Of a DNA stretch of 64,000 nt, positions 18,021 to 27,574 are shown in pieces. This stretch comes from an uncultured Verrucomicrobiae bacterium. GTDB taxonomy: Bacteria > Verrucomicrobiota > Verrucomicrobiia > Chthoniobacterales > UBA10450. How positions within the stretch are numbered: the first letter of the stretch is position 1; every line of letters begins with the position of its first letter. The stretch spans positions 85,626 to 149,625 of the forward strand of contig CAWIWB010000003.1 of the NCBI GenBank assembly GCA_963839665.1. Reading direction: 5' to 3'. A model generated the notes under the pieces. It had not been told where the DNA came from. It searched no databases and saw only the letters and a program-made list of their open reading frames with translations. The position numbers were made by a program, and so were the translations under genes.

Positions 18021-19085
18021 ATGAAAACGCTCGAACTTCTGCCGCCCACCGAGACCATGTATCGCGCACTGGTGAACCGCGATCCGAGCTTTGAAGGAAT
18101 TTTTTACATCGGCGTGCGCACGACTGGAATTTTCTGCCGGCCCACGTGCTCGGCCAAAAAACCGGCGCGCCAAAACGTCGATTTTTTTGCAACATCAGGC
18201 GACGCACTGGAAAACGGTTATCGGCCGTGCTTACGCTGCCACCCGCTCGATCCAAACGCGCGTCCACCGAAGCTGATCGAGCGCCTGCGCGCGGAAGTGG
18301 AGCGCGCGCCAGACGGACGATTGACGGACAAGGAACTGGCCGCGCTCTCCATCGATCCTTCAACCGCGCGGCGACAGTTCAAGCGCCACTATGGCATGAC
18401 ATTTCAAGCGTATCATCGTGCGCGCCGGATGGGCCTTGCTTTGAGCCAGGTGCGGCAAGGGGATCGGGTGGATCAGGCGAGAAATGGGAGTGGCTTTGAA
18501 TCTGAAAGCGGTTTCCGCGATGCGTTCACAAAGATCTTTGGCGAATCGCCAACAAACGCCAGGACGCATGCACCACTGCTTGCTGAGCGAATCGATTCGC
18601 CGCTCGGGCCAATGATCGCCGTCGCTGACGAGCAAGGCTTGCGCTTGCTCGAATTCATCGACCGGCGCGCGACAGAACGCGAGTTATCGATTTTGCGGAA
18701 ACGATTGCAAACGAATGTCGTGCCGGGGAAACATCGGTATCTCGATAGTGTTCGTTCCCAACTAAAAGATTATTTCGCGGGCAAGAAGCTGGAGTTTGGC
18801 GTTCCACTGGCCCCGGTCGGATCCCCCTTCCAATTGCGCGCGTGGAAAATCTTGCAGTCGATTCCAGTTGGCGAAACGCGTTCGTATTCGTGGATGGCAA
18901 AGCGCCTGGGCGATGAAAATGCGCGTCGGGCAGTTGGTCGTGCCAATGGCACGAATATGATTTGCATCATAATCCCGTGCCACCGGGTAATCCGAGCCGA
19001 CGGGACGCTCTGCGGGTACGGCGGCGGTTTATGGCGCAAGAAATGGCTGCTCGATCACGAAAGAAGAGTGATAAGTGGTAAGTGA
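18021..19085 (+). CDS. ada: bifunctional Ada: methylphosphotriester-DNA methyltransferase / AraC-type regulator / O6-methylguanine-DNA methyltransferase
   Basis: N-terminal Cys4 Zn domain (FCRPTCSAKKP...YRPCLRCHP), an AraC HTH in the middle, and a C-terminal MGMT active site IIIPCHRVIRADG. Confidence 0.85.
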   Translation: MKTLELLPPTETMYRALVNRDPSFEGIFYIGVRTTGIFCRPTCSAKKPARQNVDFFATSGDALENGYRPCLRCHPLDPNARPPKLIERLRAEVERAPDGRLTDKELAALSIDPSTARRQFKRHYGMTFQAYHRARRMGLALSQVRQGDRVDQARNGSGFESESGFRDAFTKIFGESPTNARTHAPLLAERIDSPLGPMIAVADEQGLRLLEFIDRRATERELSILRKRLQTNVVPGKHRYLDSVRSQLKDYFAGKKLEFGVPLAPVGSPFQLRAWKILQSIPVGETRSYSWMAKRLGDENARRAVGRANGTNMICIIIPCHRVIRADGTLCGYGGGLWRKKWLLDHERRVISGK

Positions 19086-19148
19086 CGAGTGACGAACAGC
19101 GATCAAATCGCTAAATCACTGATTCGCTAACTCATTAAATCAGAACAG

Positions 19149-19222
19149 CGCGCCCGGAAGGACTCGAACCTTCGACCTACGGATTAGAAATCCGTTGCTC
19201 TATCCGGCTGAGCTACGGGCGC
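19149..19222 (-). tRNA. tRNA-Arg (anticodon TCT)
   Basis: The reverse complement gcgcccgtagctcagccggatagagcaacggatttctaatccgtaggtcgaaggttcgagtccttccgggcgcg folds as a 74-nt cloverleaf. It has a 7-bp acceptor stem, a D arm gctc/gagc, an anticodon stem acgga/tccgt with loop ttTCTaa, and a T arm gaagg/ccttc. CCA is not encoded. Confidence 0.9.
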
Positions 19223-19334
19223 AGATATTTCGCGGTTCAGCGAACTCGAGTTTGGAGTATCGATGCCGATGACTCACACCGCAAGTATGATAGAGGGTGG
19301 TTGTCTGGCTGTAAGCCTTCAGAACGGCGCGCAG

Positions 19335-21023
19335 CTATCTTAACGCAAAGGTGGCGCTACCCACAACATTACTGTTGATCAAGATGTCTACTCGGTAGGT
19401 GCCGACTCCCAGCGCGCTCGCAGCCAGGTTGTATACATACTGACAGCTATCAATCCTGAAGTTCGAGCCATTATCGGCGGGGCCGGTGTAAATGGCTTCA
19501 TCGACCGGTCCAATGGTTCCGCCGGCGGTTCGGGTCACAGCGATATTGGCCGGAGGCAGAGCGCAGGTCGCTACGCCGTTCAACGTTAACGTGAATTTCA
19601 CGGGTACAACGCCGCGTTTAACGTTGAAGACACTCGTTCCATCTGCGTCGATCGGTTGCTGAATCTGCGCAGCGTACGCTGGCGTTGCGGTTGGCGTAGG
19701 CGTTGCCGTTGCCGTAGGTATCGCAGTAGCCGTAGCGGTAGCAGTGGCCGTGGCAGTTGCGGTAGCTGTTGGAGTTGGCGTGTCGGTGGCTGTGGCAGTT
19801 GCAGTAGCTGTTGGAGTCGGCGTGTCGGTGGCTGTGGCAGTTGCAGTAGCTGTTGGAGTCGGCGTGTCGGTAGCTGTGGCAGTTGCAGTAGCTGTTGGAG
19901 TCGGCGTGTCGGTGGCTGTGGCAGTTGCAGTAGCTGTTGGAGTCGGCGTGTCGGTGGCTGTGGCAGTTGCGGTAGCTGTTGGAGTTGGCGTGTCGGTGGC
20001 TGTGGCAGTCGCGGTAGCTGTTGGTGTTGGCGTATCGGTGGCTGTGGCCGTCGCAGTAGCTGTGGGAATCGGTGTGTCGGTGGCCGTGGCAGTTGCGGTA
20101 GCGGTTGGGGTTGGCGTGTCGGTGGCTGTGGCAGTTGCAGTAGCTGTTGGTGTTGGTGTGTCGGTGGCTGTGGCAGTTGCAGTAGCTGTTGGTGTTGGCG
20201 TGTCGGTAGCTGTGGCAGTCGGCGTCGGCGTCGGGCTCGGACAAGAATCGGTTGCAATGGTTAGATCCCATCCACCAGCGATACTGCCTGCATTACCACT
20301 TTGGTCATCCACGACGTAGAGCGACCAGGTCCCGTTCGGATTTGTCCCGTTAAAGGTCGAAAGGGGGGGCACCGCATTGGGAGGGGGCGTAAATTGAGGA
20401 CATGGTGATGGAAACGTATCGGGATTAGCCGGGTTCGGGTTCGGGTTGTTAGTCGGCTGGTAGACCCCGGTAGTAACGAGCGGCGCCGGCGAGAACACAG
20501 GCAACGGATTAGCTGCAAGGTCATCCAGCGTTAGCGTCACATCGGTGATACCACCAGGAGAACCTCCCGAATCGGACATGATGATGGCCGTTTGCCCAGA
20601 GGGTCCGATCAGCAGCATGTCAATGTCGGCTGGTCTGCCGTGGGTAATGTTGTTCAGCTTCACGGTCACTTTAGTGATTGAGCCCGGCATACCGGCTACC
20701 ACGATATCGGAAGGATAAGGCGAAGCGGGTTGGGGGGCTCCAGTCCGATCGTTGATAGTTATAGGCGCCGGCTTCCTGAACGTAAGCCCGCCGCACGCTG
20801 TAGCATACAGCTCGGCGATATTGGTGGAACCGAATCCTCCTGCCGCCAGTACCGTCCCCGAGGACAGCAATGTCGCCGTGTGTGCACCGCGTGGCACGTT
20901 AAGGAAGTCGGTCGGCCCCCACGTCCCGTTCGCCGGATCATATAGTTCACAGTCGGTGCCAGCGCCCGCCACCAACACCTTGCCCGAAGCCAGCAGCGTC
21001 GCCGTGTGACTTTGTCCGTCCAT
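19335..21023 (-). CDS. C-terminal part of the giant secreted protein: last Kelch blades, proprotein-convertase P-domain, Thr/Pro/Ala repeat linker, Cys-containing beta-rich C-terminal domain
   Basis: ORF 19335..21218; the sequence is sensible only from [11 protein letters not shown] (ATG 21023). P-domain hallmarks are [26 protein letters not shown] and [27 protein letters not shown]. It continues the Kelch repeat of ORF 20947..23667 after a 1-nt frame change. Confidence 0.7.
   Translation of the reverse strand: MDGQSHTATLLASGKVLVAGAGTDCELYDPANGTWGPTDFLNVPRGAHTATLLSSGTVLAAGGFGSTNIAELYATACGGLTFRKPAPITINDRTGAPQPASPYPSDIVVAGMPGSITKVTVKLNNITHGRPADIDMLLIGPSGQTAIIMSDSGGSPGGITDVTLTLDDLAANPLPVFSPAPLVTTGVYQPTNNPNPNPANPDTFPSPCPQFTPPPNAVPPLSTFNGTNPNGTWSLYVVDDQSGNAGSIAGGWDLTIATDSCPSPTPTPTATATDTPTPTATATATATDTPTPTATATATATDTPTPTATATATATDTPIPTATATATATDTPTPTATATATATDTPTPTATATATATDTPTPTATATATATDTPTPTATATATATDTPTPTATATATATDTPTPTATATATATDTPTPTATATATATATATATAIPTATATPTPTATPAYAAQIQQPIDADGTSVFNVKRGVVPVKFTLTLNGVATCALPPANIAVTRTAGGTIGPVDEAIYTGPADNGSNFRIDSCQYVYNLAASALGVGTYRVDILINSNVVGSATFALR
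19681..20236. repeat. coding tandem repeat with a 42-bp unit (about 11-12 copies), encoding [14 protein letters not shown]
   Basis: The unit gtgtcggtggctgtggcagttgcagtagctgttggagtcggc repeats head to tail with few substitutions. It is in frame in the minus-strand gene. Confidence 0.9.
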
Positions 21024-23667
21024 TGCCGAGACTGCCGGTCGCCGTCCATATTCCAGTCGTCGGATCATACAGCTCGGCGCTTCGCAATTGAGTAATCGTC
21101 CCGCCCGCCACCAGCACTTTGCCAGTGTGCAGCAGCGTCGCCGTGAAGAAGTCGCGTGCCTGGTTGAGACTGCCGGTCGCCGTCCATATTCCAGTCGCCG
21201 GATCATACAGTTCCGCACTGCTCAAGCTTACACCACCATTGTAGTCGAATCCTCCAGCCACCAGCACCTGCCCAGAGGGCAACAATGTCGCCGTGTGCTC
21301 GCGGCGTCCCTGTCCCCCGTTGAGGCTACCGGTCAGCGTCCACATTCCAGTCGTCGGATTATACAGCTCCGCGCTGCTTGTTCCGCTCGGGCTGTTACTT
21401 ACTCCTCCCGCCAACAGCACCTCGCCTGACTGTAGCAACGTCGCCGTGTGATCGAAGCGTGGGTAGTTAAGGCTCCCGGTCGTCGCCGTCCACACCCCAG
21501 TCGTCGGATTATAAAGCTCCGCACTATTCAAGGTGAAAAAATTCTCATTATGTCCCCCTGCCACCAACACCTTACCTGAGGGCAGCAGCGTCGCCGTGTG
21601 AATTGAACGGGCCGTGACCATGTTGCCCGTCGCCGTCCACGTCCCCGTCGCCGAATTATACAGCTCCGCACTATTCAATGTGCCGCTACCGTTATCTCCT
21701 CCTGCCACAAGCACCTGGCCTGAGGACAGCAACGTCGCCGTGTGATCAGCGCGTCCGATGCTGAGCCCCCCACCCGTCACGCTCCATCTTCCGTTCTCTG
21801 CGGGATCATACAGCTCCGCGCTGCTCAAGGAATTACCAAAGGCTAGCCGTCCACCGGCCACCAGAACCTTGCCATTGAGCAGCAGCGTTGCCGTGTGAAA
21901 CTCCCGTGCTTCGAGCATGCTGCCGGTCGCCGTCCATGTTTGAGTGTTGGGATCATACAGTTCCGCGCTGCTCAAGTTCAATAAAGGGCCATTAAATCCT
22001 CCCGCCACCAGCACCTTGCCGTTGGGCAGCAGGGTCGCGGTATGATTATCACGGCTGGTGACCAAGCTTCCAGTCGCCGTCCATGTCCCGGTAGCCGGAT
22101 CATACAGTTCCGCGCTGTTCAGGGCCCCAAAGTCATCGGTATTGGTTCCACCCGCTACCAGCACCTTGCCCGAGAGCAACAGCGTCGCCGTGTGCGAGTG
22201 ACGTGCAGTGCCCATGCTGCCAGTAATCGTCCACGCCCCATTAGCAGGATTGTACAGCGCCGCGCTACTACCGCTAAAGGTTCCGCCCGCCAGGAGCACC
22301 TTACCATTGGCCAGCAGCGTCGCCGTGTGAGAAACGAAGAAATTGGGCATGGGGCTGGTCGCTGTCCACGTTGCAGTGTTAGGATCATACACTTCCGCGC
22401 TGTTCAAGAAGGGTGAAACCGAATTAAACCCTCCCGCCACCAGCACCTTGCCGTTGGCCAGCGTCGCTGTGTGTCCTGAGCGTGCGGTGATAAGATTGGC
22501 TGTCGTAGTCCACGTCCCTGTATCAGGATCATACAGCTCGGCGGTGTTACCGACACTGTCCCCTCCTGCTACCAGCACCTTGCCATTGGGCAGCAGCGTC
22601 GCCGTGTGATTCACACGAGCAGCGCCCATGCTGGGGGTCGCCGACCACATACCCGTGCCCGGATCATACAGCTCCGCGCTGTTCAACATACTAGCACTGT
22701 TAGAAGATCCTCCGGCCACCAGCACCTTGCCGTTAGGCAGCAGCGTCGCTGTGTGATGAGAGCGCTCGGTGCCCATGCTGTCGGTCGCCGTCCAACTCGG
22801 ATCAATCATCACAGGGTAGCTCAGTCCTTTGGCAACGACCAAGCGCAACCGTTGCGGTCCTGTTGTCCCCTTCGTCGCATCCAACTCCCAGTGCACCGCA
22901 TCCGTCCGGCTGTTGCCGTTGGCTTCAATCAACCATGGCGCTTCAATTTTAACCCCCTGGCCTGCCTTATTGGTAAAGTGCACCTCGCCCTTCACCAATT
23001 CGACACGCGTGCCGGCGCTCAGTTCGCTCAACTCGTACGCGAACTCCCGCGGCGCACATTCACTTTGCAAAAAAAGAAACTCTTCACTGCGCCCGGCGCT
23101 CACGACATGCACACTGTCTGTCTCTGGATAGGCATTGCGATAGATTACTTGGTCATTGTCAATCTGTGCCGTCGCATCCATACCGGCCACGGGCCGCACC
23201 GCGACCCGCACTTGTTCGCGTTCCACCACGAACGGCTCGCCGTAACGTGCCGGATAAAAGCTCTCCAAGTCGCTCGTCCCCCGATGCGCCATCGCCAACC
23301 ACGCTTGCTGTTCGACCGGCTTGAGCCCACCGGGCGGTGTCAGGTTTTCCTCCTGCGCCGTCGGCGCCTGGCGCGCACTGAACCCGGCAATTTCACGTCC
23401 ATGAACGTGTTGGCGACTCGCCGAAATTTCCACCCGTTTCGATTTGCGCTGAGTTTTCCGTTTTGGAGCAGCCGAGGACTTCGACAGAGCTGCGCGGTGG
23501 TGCGCATTCTGTTCAGCTATATCCGCCGCGGCGGACTTTTGCTTGAATTGATTTTGCGCAGGTACCACGGCGAACGCCACCAACGCCGCGAAGAACGAGA
23601 TGAGTGTAACGCGCAATGTGATTTGAAGCGCCGAAGCGTGGGAAGAGCGATTTTGTCTGTTTTTCAT
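20947..23667 (-). CDS. N-terminal part of the giant secreted protein: signal anchor, unknown ~300-aa domain, 12 Kelch-like blades
   Basis: N-terminus [37 protein letters not shown]. It has 12 repeats of [16 protein letters not shown]...SAELYDPxTGxWTxTG. The last 28 codons ([17 protein letters not shown]...) are the out-of-frame reading of the next blade. Confidence 0.75.
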   Translation of the reverse strand: MKNRQNRSSHASALQITLRVTLISFFAALVAFAVVPAQNQFKQKSAAADIAEQNAHHRAALSKSSAAPKRKTQRKSKRVEISASRQHVHGREIAGFSARQAPTAQEENLTPPGGLKPVEQQAWLAMAHRGTSDLESFYPARYGEPFVVEREQVRVAVRPVAGMDATAQIDNDQVIYRNAYPETDSVHVVSAGRSEEFLFLQSECAPREFAYELSELSAGTRVELVKGEVHFTNKAGQGVKIEAPWLIEANGNSRTDAVHWELDATKGTTGPQRLRLVVAKGLSYPVMIDPSWTATDSMGTERSHHTATLLPNGKVLVAGGSSNSASMLNSAELYDPGTGMWSATPSMGAARVNHTATLLPNGKVLVAGGDSVGNTAELYDPDTGTWTTTANLITARSGHTATLANGKVLVAGGFNSVSPFLNSAEVYDPNTATWTATSPMPNFFVSHTATLLANGKVLLAGGTFSGSSAALYNPANGAWTITGSMGTARHSHTATLLLSGKVLVAGGTNTDDFGALNSAELYDPATGTWTATGSLVTSRDNHTATLLPNGKVLVAGGFNGPLLNLSSAELYDPNTQTWTATGSMLEAREFHTATLLLNGKVLVAGGRLAFGNSLSSAELYDPAENGRWSVTGGGLSIGRADHTATLLSSGQVLVAGGDNGSGTLNSAELYNSATGTWTATGNMVTARSIHTATLLPSGKVLVAGGHNENFFTLNSAELYNPTTGVWTATTGSLNYPRFDHTATLLQSGEVLLAGGVSNSPSGTSSAELYNPTTGMWTLTGSLNGGQGRREHTATLLPSGQVLVAGGFDYNGGVSLSSAELYDPATGIWTATGSLNQARDFFTATLLHTGKVLVAGGTITQLRSAELYDPTTGIWTATGSLGNGRTKSHGDAAGFGQGVGGGRWHRL

Positions 23668-24062
23668 GGGAGGAGTGTGGGGGGGTGAAGTTTGGGTGAC
23701 GAAGGCGTATCTTCAAGAACCCCAAACCCTTTCGGAGAAAATGCCTCCGTAAGTTAGGATCACGCTTTAGAGCGAGCACCAAACGTGTCAACACTTATTG
23801 TAAGGCTCCGTCGTACGAAACAGACTTCCGCGGACCAGTAGGGCGGGGCCGTGCAAGCAGGCACGGAATTTTGTCGCAAAAGCGGTGATGATTTTCGCGC
23901 TCATCGCGTAGAGAAATTTCTACGGTCTGTTCTACGGTCGAGCAAAATTCTGCTGCAAAATGGCGCAATCCTACGCAACACACTGCGAATGCTGAATCGC
24001 CAAATACCTGGCGCAAGCAATGCTGTGCAAAACAGTGAAACGGTGCAACTCGTTAGGCTTGA

Positions 24063-24104
24063 ATTAGAAATCCGTTGCTCTATCCGGCTGAGCTCTACGG
24101 GCGC
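24063..24104 (-). pseudogene. tRNA-Arg(TCT) remnant: 5' half only (positions 1 to about 40)
   Basis: attagaaatccgttgctctatccggctgagctCtacgggcgc equals 19183..19222 apart from one inserted C. Identity ends at the 3' side of the anticodon loop. Confidence 0.8.
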
Positions 24105-24426
24105 AGATATTTCGCGGTCGTTTAACGACCTCGGGTCTGGATTATCGAGGCTGATGGCTGAGACCGCAATATTCTACAACGTGCTGTTTCGGCCACGCAC
24201 TCTCGATCAAAAGGTCAGCGGTGCTGCGAAGCTGAGCCAAGGCTTTCCGCAGCTTTGGAAATTCACCTGGTGGTCGGACGTAACGGCTGGTGGAGCTGGA
24301 ATTACTTCTCAGCCGTTGATCCCGAGGGGGCGAATGATCTGGATTGCAGACGAAATCGTGACGACGGAAAGCGTTTCGTTGGTCCTTCGGATGAAAAGGT
24401 GACTGCGTTTCTTACTCGAACACTCG

Positions 24427-24954
24427 TTAGTAAGAAGGAAGGTATGGCGTGAGAATTTTCGACAAAACTAAGCCGCAAAAGCCAATTAAGAGCAGTCTAT
24501 TGCGCCATTTGTATACACTCTCGGCCCTGCTTGTTTCCTTCTCTATCATGTGATGCAGAATCTGTATTTTGTCATTTAATTCGCGTACCCAATTTGCTGC
24601 TTCTTCGCTGGTTAGAAGTCTCCCAGGGTTTTTAACGATAATCAGCCCTTCGGAAAAGGGTTTTGTTGTCATGACTGCTCCTCGTTTTTCTGTTGCGTCG
24701 AGTAGCTGACCGTTCAGGCGCCTGATTTGAACGAGTGATTCAATACGCTTTAAACCGACACCTGCAGAAATTATAAGCAGCGCGAGCGAGATGACTTCCA
24801 TCGTGTAAGCCGACAAGAACGTGAGCTTCTCAGGATGCAGAGTGTGGCCGACGTACGCGCATAACGCCAGAGAGGCTCCGACGATGAAGTACTCAAAACG
24901 CTCCAGGCCTTGGTAGTACCCAGACTCAATTAGGCTTCGATTGTCTCCAGCCAT
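24427..24954 (-). CDS. hypothetical membrane protein (orphan, low GC)
   Basis: 175 aa. Two N-terminal TM helices and one C-terminal TM helix flank a soluble helical segment. I recognise no family. Sampled stretches are about 43-47% GC by hand count, against the high 50s around it. Confidence 0.5.
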   Translation of the reverse strand: MAGDNRSLIESGYYQGLERFEYFIVGASLALCAYVGHTLHPEKLTFLSAYTMEVISLALLIISAGVGLKRIESLVQIRRLNGQLLDATEKRGAVMTTKPFSEGLIIVKNPGRLLTSEEAANWVRELNDKIQILHHMIEKETSRAESVYKWRNRLLLIGFCGLVLSKILTPYLPSY

Positions 24955-25198
24955 TTCTGCGATAATTCTTTACGGCTCTGTGACATCACCAGCATGCTCG
25001 TGCGTTTTATCACGTTGGCTGCTTCATCGTAAACACGAATTGCCGCATTGCTTGATCGGCTCTAACGCTTTGCGCAGTCAACTGCGTTGCTGGCTCCATT
25101 GGACAGGCCATACCGCAGCCGACCGAATGGCAACGCATTGGAGATTAGATCGAAGCCACATTTATCTTTGCGCGGTCGTTTGAAACACACCACCGGCG

Positions 25199-25864
25199 CT
25201 ACCACGCTTCGGTTTGCGCTCGTTGCTCGATCTGTTCCAGACTGGGATCAGTGGTGCTGATCCAAGTCCGCGCCTGATTGATCTCCGTTGGATTAACTGG
25301 GATCGCGCGCGGGATCTCTTCGCCTCTCGCCACTAGAGCGCCTTCATATTTCACCGGTTTGCCGCGCTTGATGGGAAACTTCCAATGATGCCCGAATTTG
25401 TAGAGAGCGTAATACATGGTTTTGGACTCGGTCGCGCCAACCCCGCTGCAACGCATGGCGTAATAAAACATCCGGTCACAGTCCTTCCAGGGGCGCTTGT
25501 GCTCGCCGTACGCGACATCATGCAGCACCGAAGCATTCCGATATCTGCCTTCAAAGGGCCCGCCCATGACCGACCAAAGATACCGTGGAATGGATGCACC
25601 ATCGACGACCGAACCAATCGGCGCGACCCAAACTTCCCCGTGCGGATCAGTGTAGCGCAACTCAGTTAAGAGCGTCATCGTGCGTCCGTCTGGATTCCAC
25701 TTCGTTACGGGTTCGCCGTCGAAATGTCCCCATTTGGTTGCTCCCGGAATCGTTTGATCGATACCAGGCCGGGCATCGCTGCTGTTGTTTGAAGCGCACC
25801 CGGCGAAAGCGCTCGCGAACAGAGGAATGAGCGCGAACCATTGAATTGCCTTTACCTTTCCCAT
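25199..25864 (-). CDS. DUF1353 domain-containing lipoprotein
   Basis: Lipobox LFASAFAGCAS. The core VVDGASIPRYLWSVMGGPFEGRYRNASVLHDVAY matches the DUF1353 DG.S.P...HD pattern. Confidence 0.6.
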   Translation of the reverse strand: MGKVKAIQWFALIPLFASAFAGCASNNSSDARPGIDQTIPGATKWGHFDGEPVTKWNPDGRTMTLLTELRYTDPHGEVWVAPIGSVVDGASIPRYLWSVMGGPFEGRYRNASVLHDVAYGEHKRPWKDCDRMFYYAMRCSGVGATESKTMYYALYKFGHHWKFPIKRGKPVKYEGALVARGEEIPRAIPVNPTEINQARTWISTTDPSLEQIEQRAQTEAW

Positions 25865-26065
25865 GAACGGGAACGTTCATCGCTCACCGTTCAAGATTCA
25901 ACTGTTGGCTGCCGTTGTAGAGGCGGCTGTGTCAGCCGCGCGTTTGGGACAAGCGCCCTTACACTAATCCATGGATCTGCGGCGTTGCCGTGAATCGCAA
26001 CCGACTTGGGTCAAGGCAAGTTACTGGAGAGACTTCAGATAGAGGACCAATTCGACACGGGGATG

Positions 26066-26740
26066 CTAATCGGAGGCACAATTCGCCTCACGGGCCGCTT
26101 TCACGAACGCCGACACCTTCTGCAAATCTTTTGTATGGCTACCATCGCTCTTATCGGTATTTGTCTTCGAATCGACGCCTGCTGGACGCGCGACCCGAAT
26201 AGCCTCCTGGACGTTCTCTGGTCCTAATCCTCCGGCGATGATTGTTGGGATGCGCACGCTTTCGATAATCCGTCGATCCAGTTCCCAGCTATGTGTCACG
26301 CCCAAGGCTCCGATCTGGCGATCACCAGATTCGTAGCTATCGAGAAGCAGCCAATCGGCCATCCCATCGTACGAGCGAGCGAGAGCAATACTGCTTTCAT
26401 CAACTACCGGAATACTCCGCATCAGCGAGACTTTCGGAAACTCCGCTTTGAGTATTCTCAACTGCGCTGGTGAGAGATGCGGTGGCGCTGCCCCGAGATG
26501 CAAGATGGCAGGCATTAACGCGGCGGTGAGCCGCATGATGAGGTCAACATCGTGAGAAAGCGACAACGCGGATGCTTTTGATCCGGCGGGGATCCCCGCG
26601 AAAATTTCGCGCGCCTTTTCGATTGTCTGCTCGCGAGGAAACGATCCCTCGCCCACCAGAACACCGATGTGATCGACGCCCATTGCGCCGAGGGCATGAG
26701 CCTCTGCCGGGGTCGAAACTTCGTAGATTTGGACAATCAC
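26066..26740 (-). CDS. phosphoribosylanthranilate isomerase family protein (TrpF-like)
   Basis: 224 aa. The C-terminal IIAGGLGPENVQEAIRVARPAGVDSKTNTD...KDLQKVSAFV resembles the TrpF phosphate-binding end. No other trp genes are nearby, so its role is uncertain. Confidence 0.55.
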   Translation of the reverse strand: MIVQIYEVSTPAEAHALGAMGVDHIGVLVGEGSFPREQTIEKAREIFAGIPAGSKASALSLSHDVDLIMRLTAALMPAILHLGAAPPHLSPAQLRILKAEFPKVSLMRSIPVVDESSIALARSYDGMADWLLLDSYESGDRQIGALGVTHSWELDRRIIESVRIPTIIAGGLGPENVQEAIRVARPAGVDSKTNTDKSDGSHTKDLQKVSAFVKAAREANCASD

Positions 26741-26787
26741 GCCGCGAGCTGAAAATTGCGGTCAAATTATCTAGCTAGGCACGCGTG

Positions 26788-26809
26788 AGGCACGAGAATT
26801 CTCGTGCCT
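26788..26809. terminator. perfect 22-nt palindrome (possible terminator or operator)
   Basis: aggcacgagaattctcgtgcct lies between the stop of the 26883..27374 gene and the start of the TrpF-like gene. It has no U-tract, so terminator function is not established. Confidence 0.25.
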
Positions 26810-26882
26810 TCACCCCTAGGTAACTCCGAAGATTTGCCCGGCGCTCCGGGCTTGTGGTCGAGGCCCTTGAATGCGAGTCCGC

Positions 26883-27374
26883 TTAGCGCGTCCACGCTTT
26901 CCAGCGTTTGCGGATCGGCTTCGCGTAATCCTCTACGTCCATTTTTTTCCACTGCTTAACGCCGTTTCGCATGAGATCCTCCGATTTTTCGCGGGCCGAT
27001 TTGAACAGCGGCCAGAGAAATGGCAGCGAAAGAACGCTCCAGTTGAATTTCCCAAAGGGAGACTCCACCACGATTTCGCGTTTGCGTTCGCTGGGAGCGG
27101 CGTAGCGGATGGCCAGGCCAATGGCGATTCCAAGGCCGAGTGCGCCGAGAATAGTCGGCACAGGATTTTCGCGCATGAAATCTTCGGTACGCTCTAGCGC
27201 AACGCTCGCCTTCTCTTTGGTTTGGTCCCAAGTCTGGCTGATTTGCGTGGAAACTTCTTCTTTTGCTCGACGAAACTGCTCGCGCCCAGTTGGGCCAATA
27301 TTTTCTTCAATTGGCTGAAATTGCTGCGCCGGAAGCGGTTCGTCCCTCATAAAATCGTTTTCGTTCGGATTCAT
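26883..27374 (-). CDS. DUF883/ElaB-like membrane-anchored protein
   Basis: 163 aa. A helical N-terminal part (QFRRAKEEVSTQISQTWDQTKEKASVALERTEDFMRENP) is followed by a TM helix VPTILGALGLGIAIGLAI. Confidence 0.45.
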   Translation of the reverse strand: MNPNENDFMRDEPLPAQQFQPIEENIGPTGREQFRRAKEEVSTQISQTWDQTKEKASVALERTEDFMRENPVPTILGALGLGIAIGLAIRYAAPSERKREIVVESPFGKFNWSVLSLPFLWPLFKSAREKSEDLMRNGVKQWKKMDVEDYAKPIRKRWKAWTR

Positions 27375-27449
27375 ACAAAATTGTATCGTATGTCGAGGCG
27401 CGGTTGCGTTTCTTTACCTGCGAAATGTTGGTGACAGCGGGATATAAAT

Positions 27450-27574
27450 AATGACGAAGCACGAATGACGAAGCACGAAGGAAGCTCGAATGATCGAAAG
27501 CTCAACGTTATCGTTCTGATCGTGATTCGGATTTCGTCATTCCTTCGTCATTGGACATTCGACATTCGTCATTT
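27450..27574. repeat. hairpin repeat, family E (aatgacgaagcacgaa ... ttcgtcatt)
   Basis: aatgacgaagcacgaatgacgaagcacgaaggaa faces ttccttcgtcattggacattcgacattcgtcatt. Its right arm overlaps the last codons of the macro-domain gene. Confidence 0.65.

Noticed and set aside
19681-20236. Possible CRISPR array suggested by the regular short repeats
   Set aside because: The units are contiguous (42 bp head to tail) with no unique spacers. The array is in frame within a protein-coding gene, and no cas genes are in the window.
19598-20319. Four long ORFs (about 190-220 aa each, both strands) over the tandem repeat, for example [15 protein letters not shown]... and [10 protein letters not shown]...
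   Set aside because: They are alternative-frame and antisense readings of the 42-bp repeat. Only the minus-strand frame that continues the P-domain protein into its C-terminal domain makes sense.
22606-23688. 360-aa plus-strand ORF antisense to the Kelch gene
   Set aside because: It is the antisense reading of a repeat-rich GC-biased gene. It is Arg-rich with no recognisable motifs, whereas the opposite strand shows clear Kelch periodicity.
19223-24062. Complete integrative element or prophage between the tRNA-Arg copies
   Set aside because: No integrase, excisionase, transposase or phage structural gene is present; the only gene is the Kelch/P-domain protein. I report the repeat structure but do not call it a mobile element.
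23851-24402. 183-aa plus-strand ORF spanning the tRNA remnant
   Set aside because: It reads straight through the tRNA-derived sequence and the diverged tRNA upstream flank. It shows no coding-like composition or motifs, so the region is better explained as intergenic.
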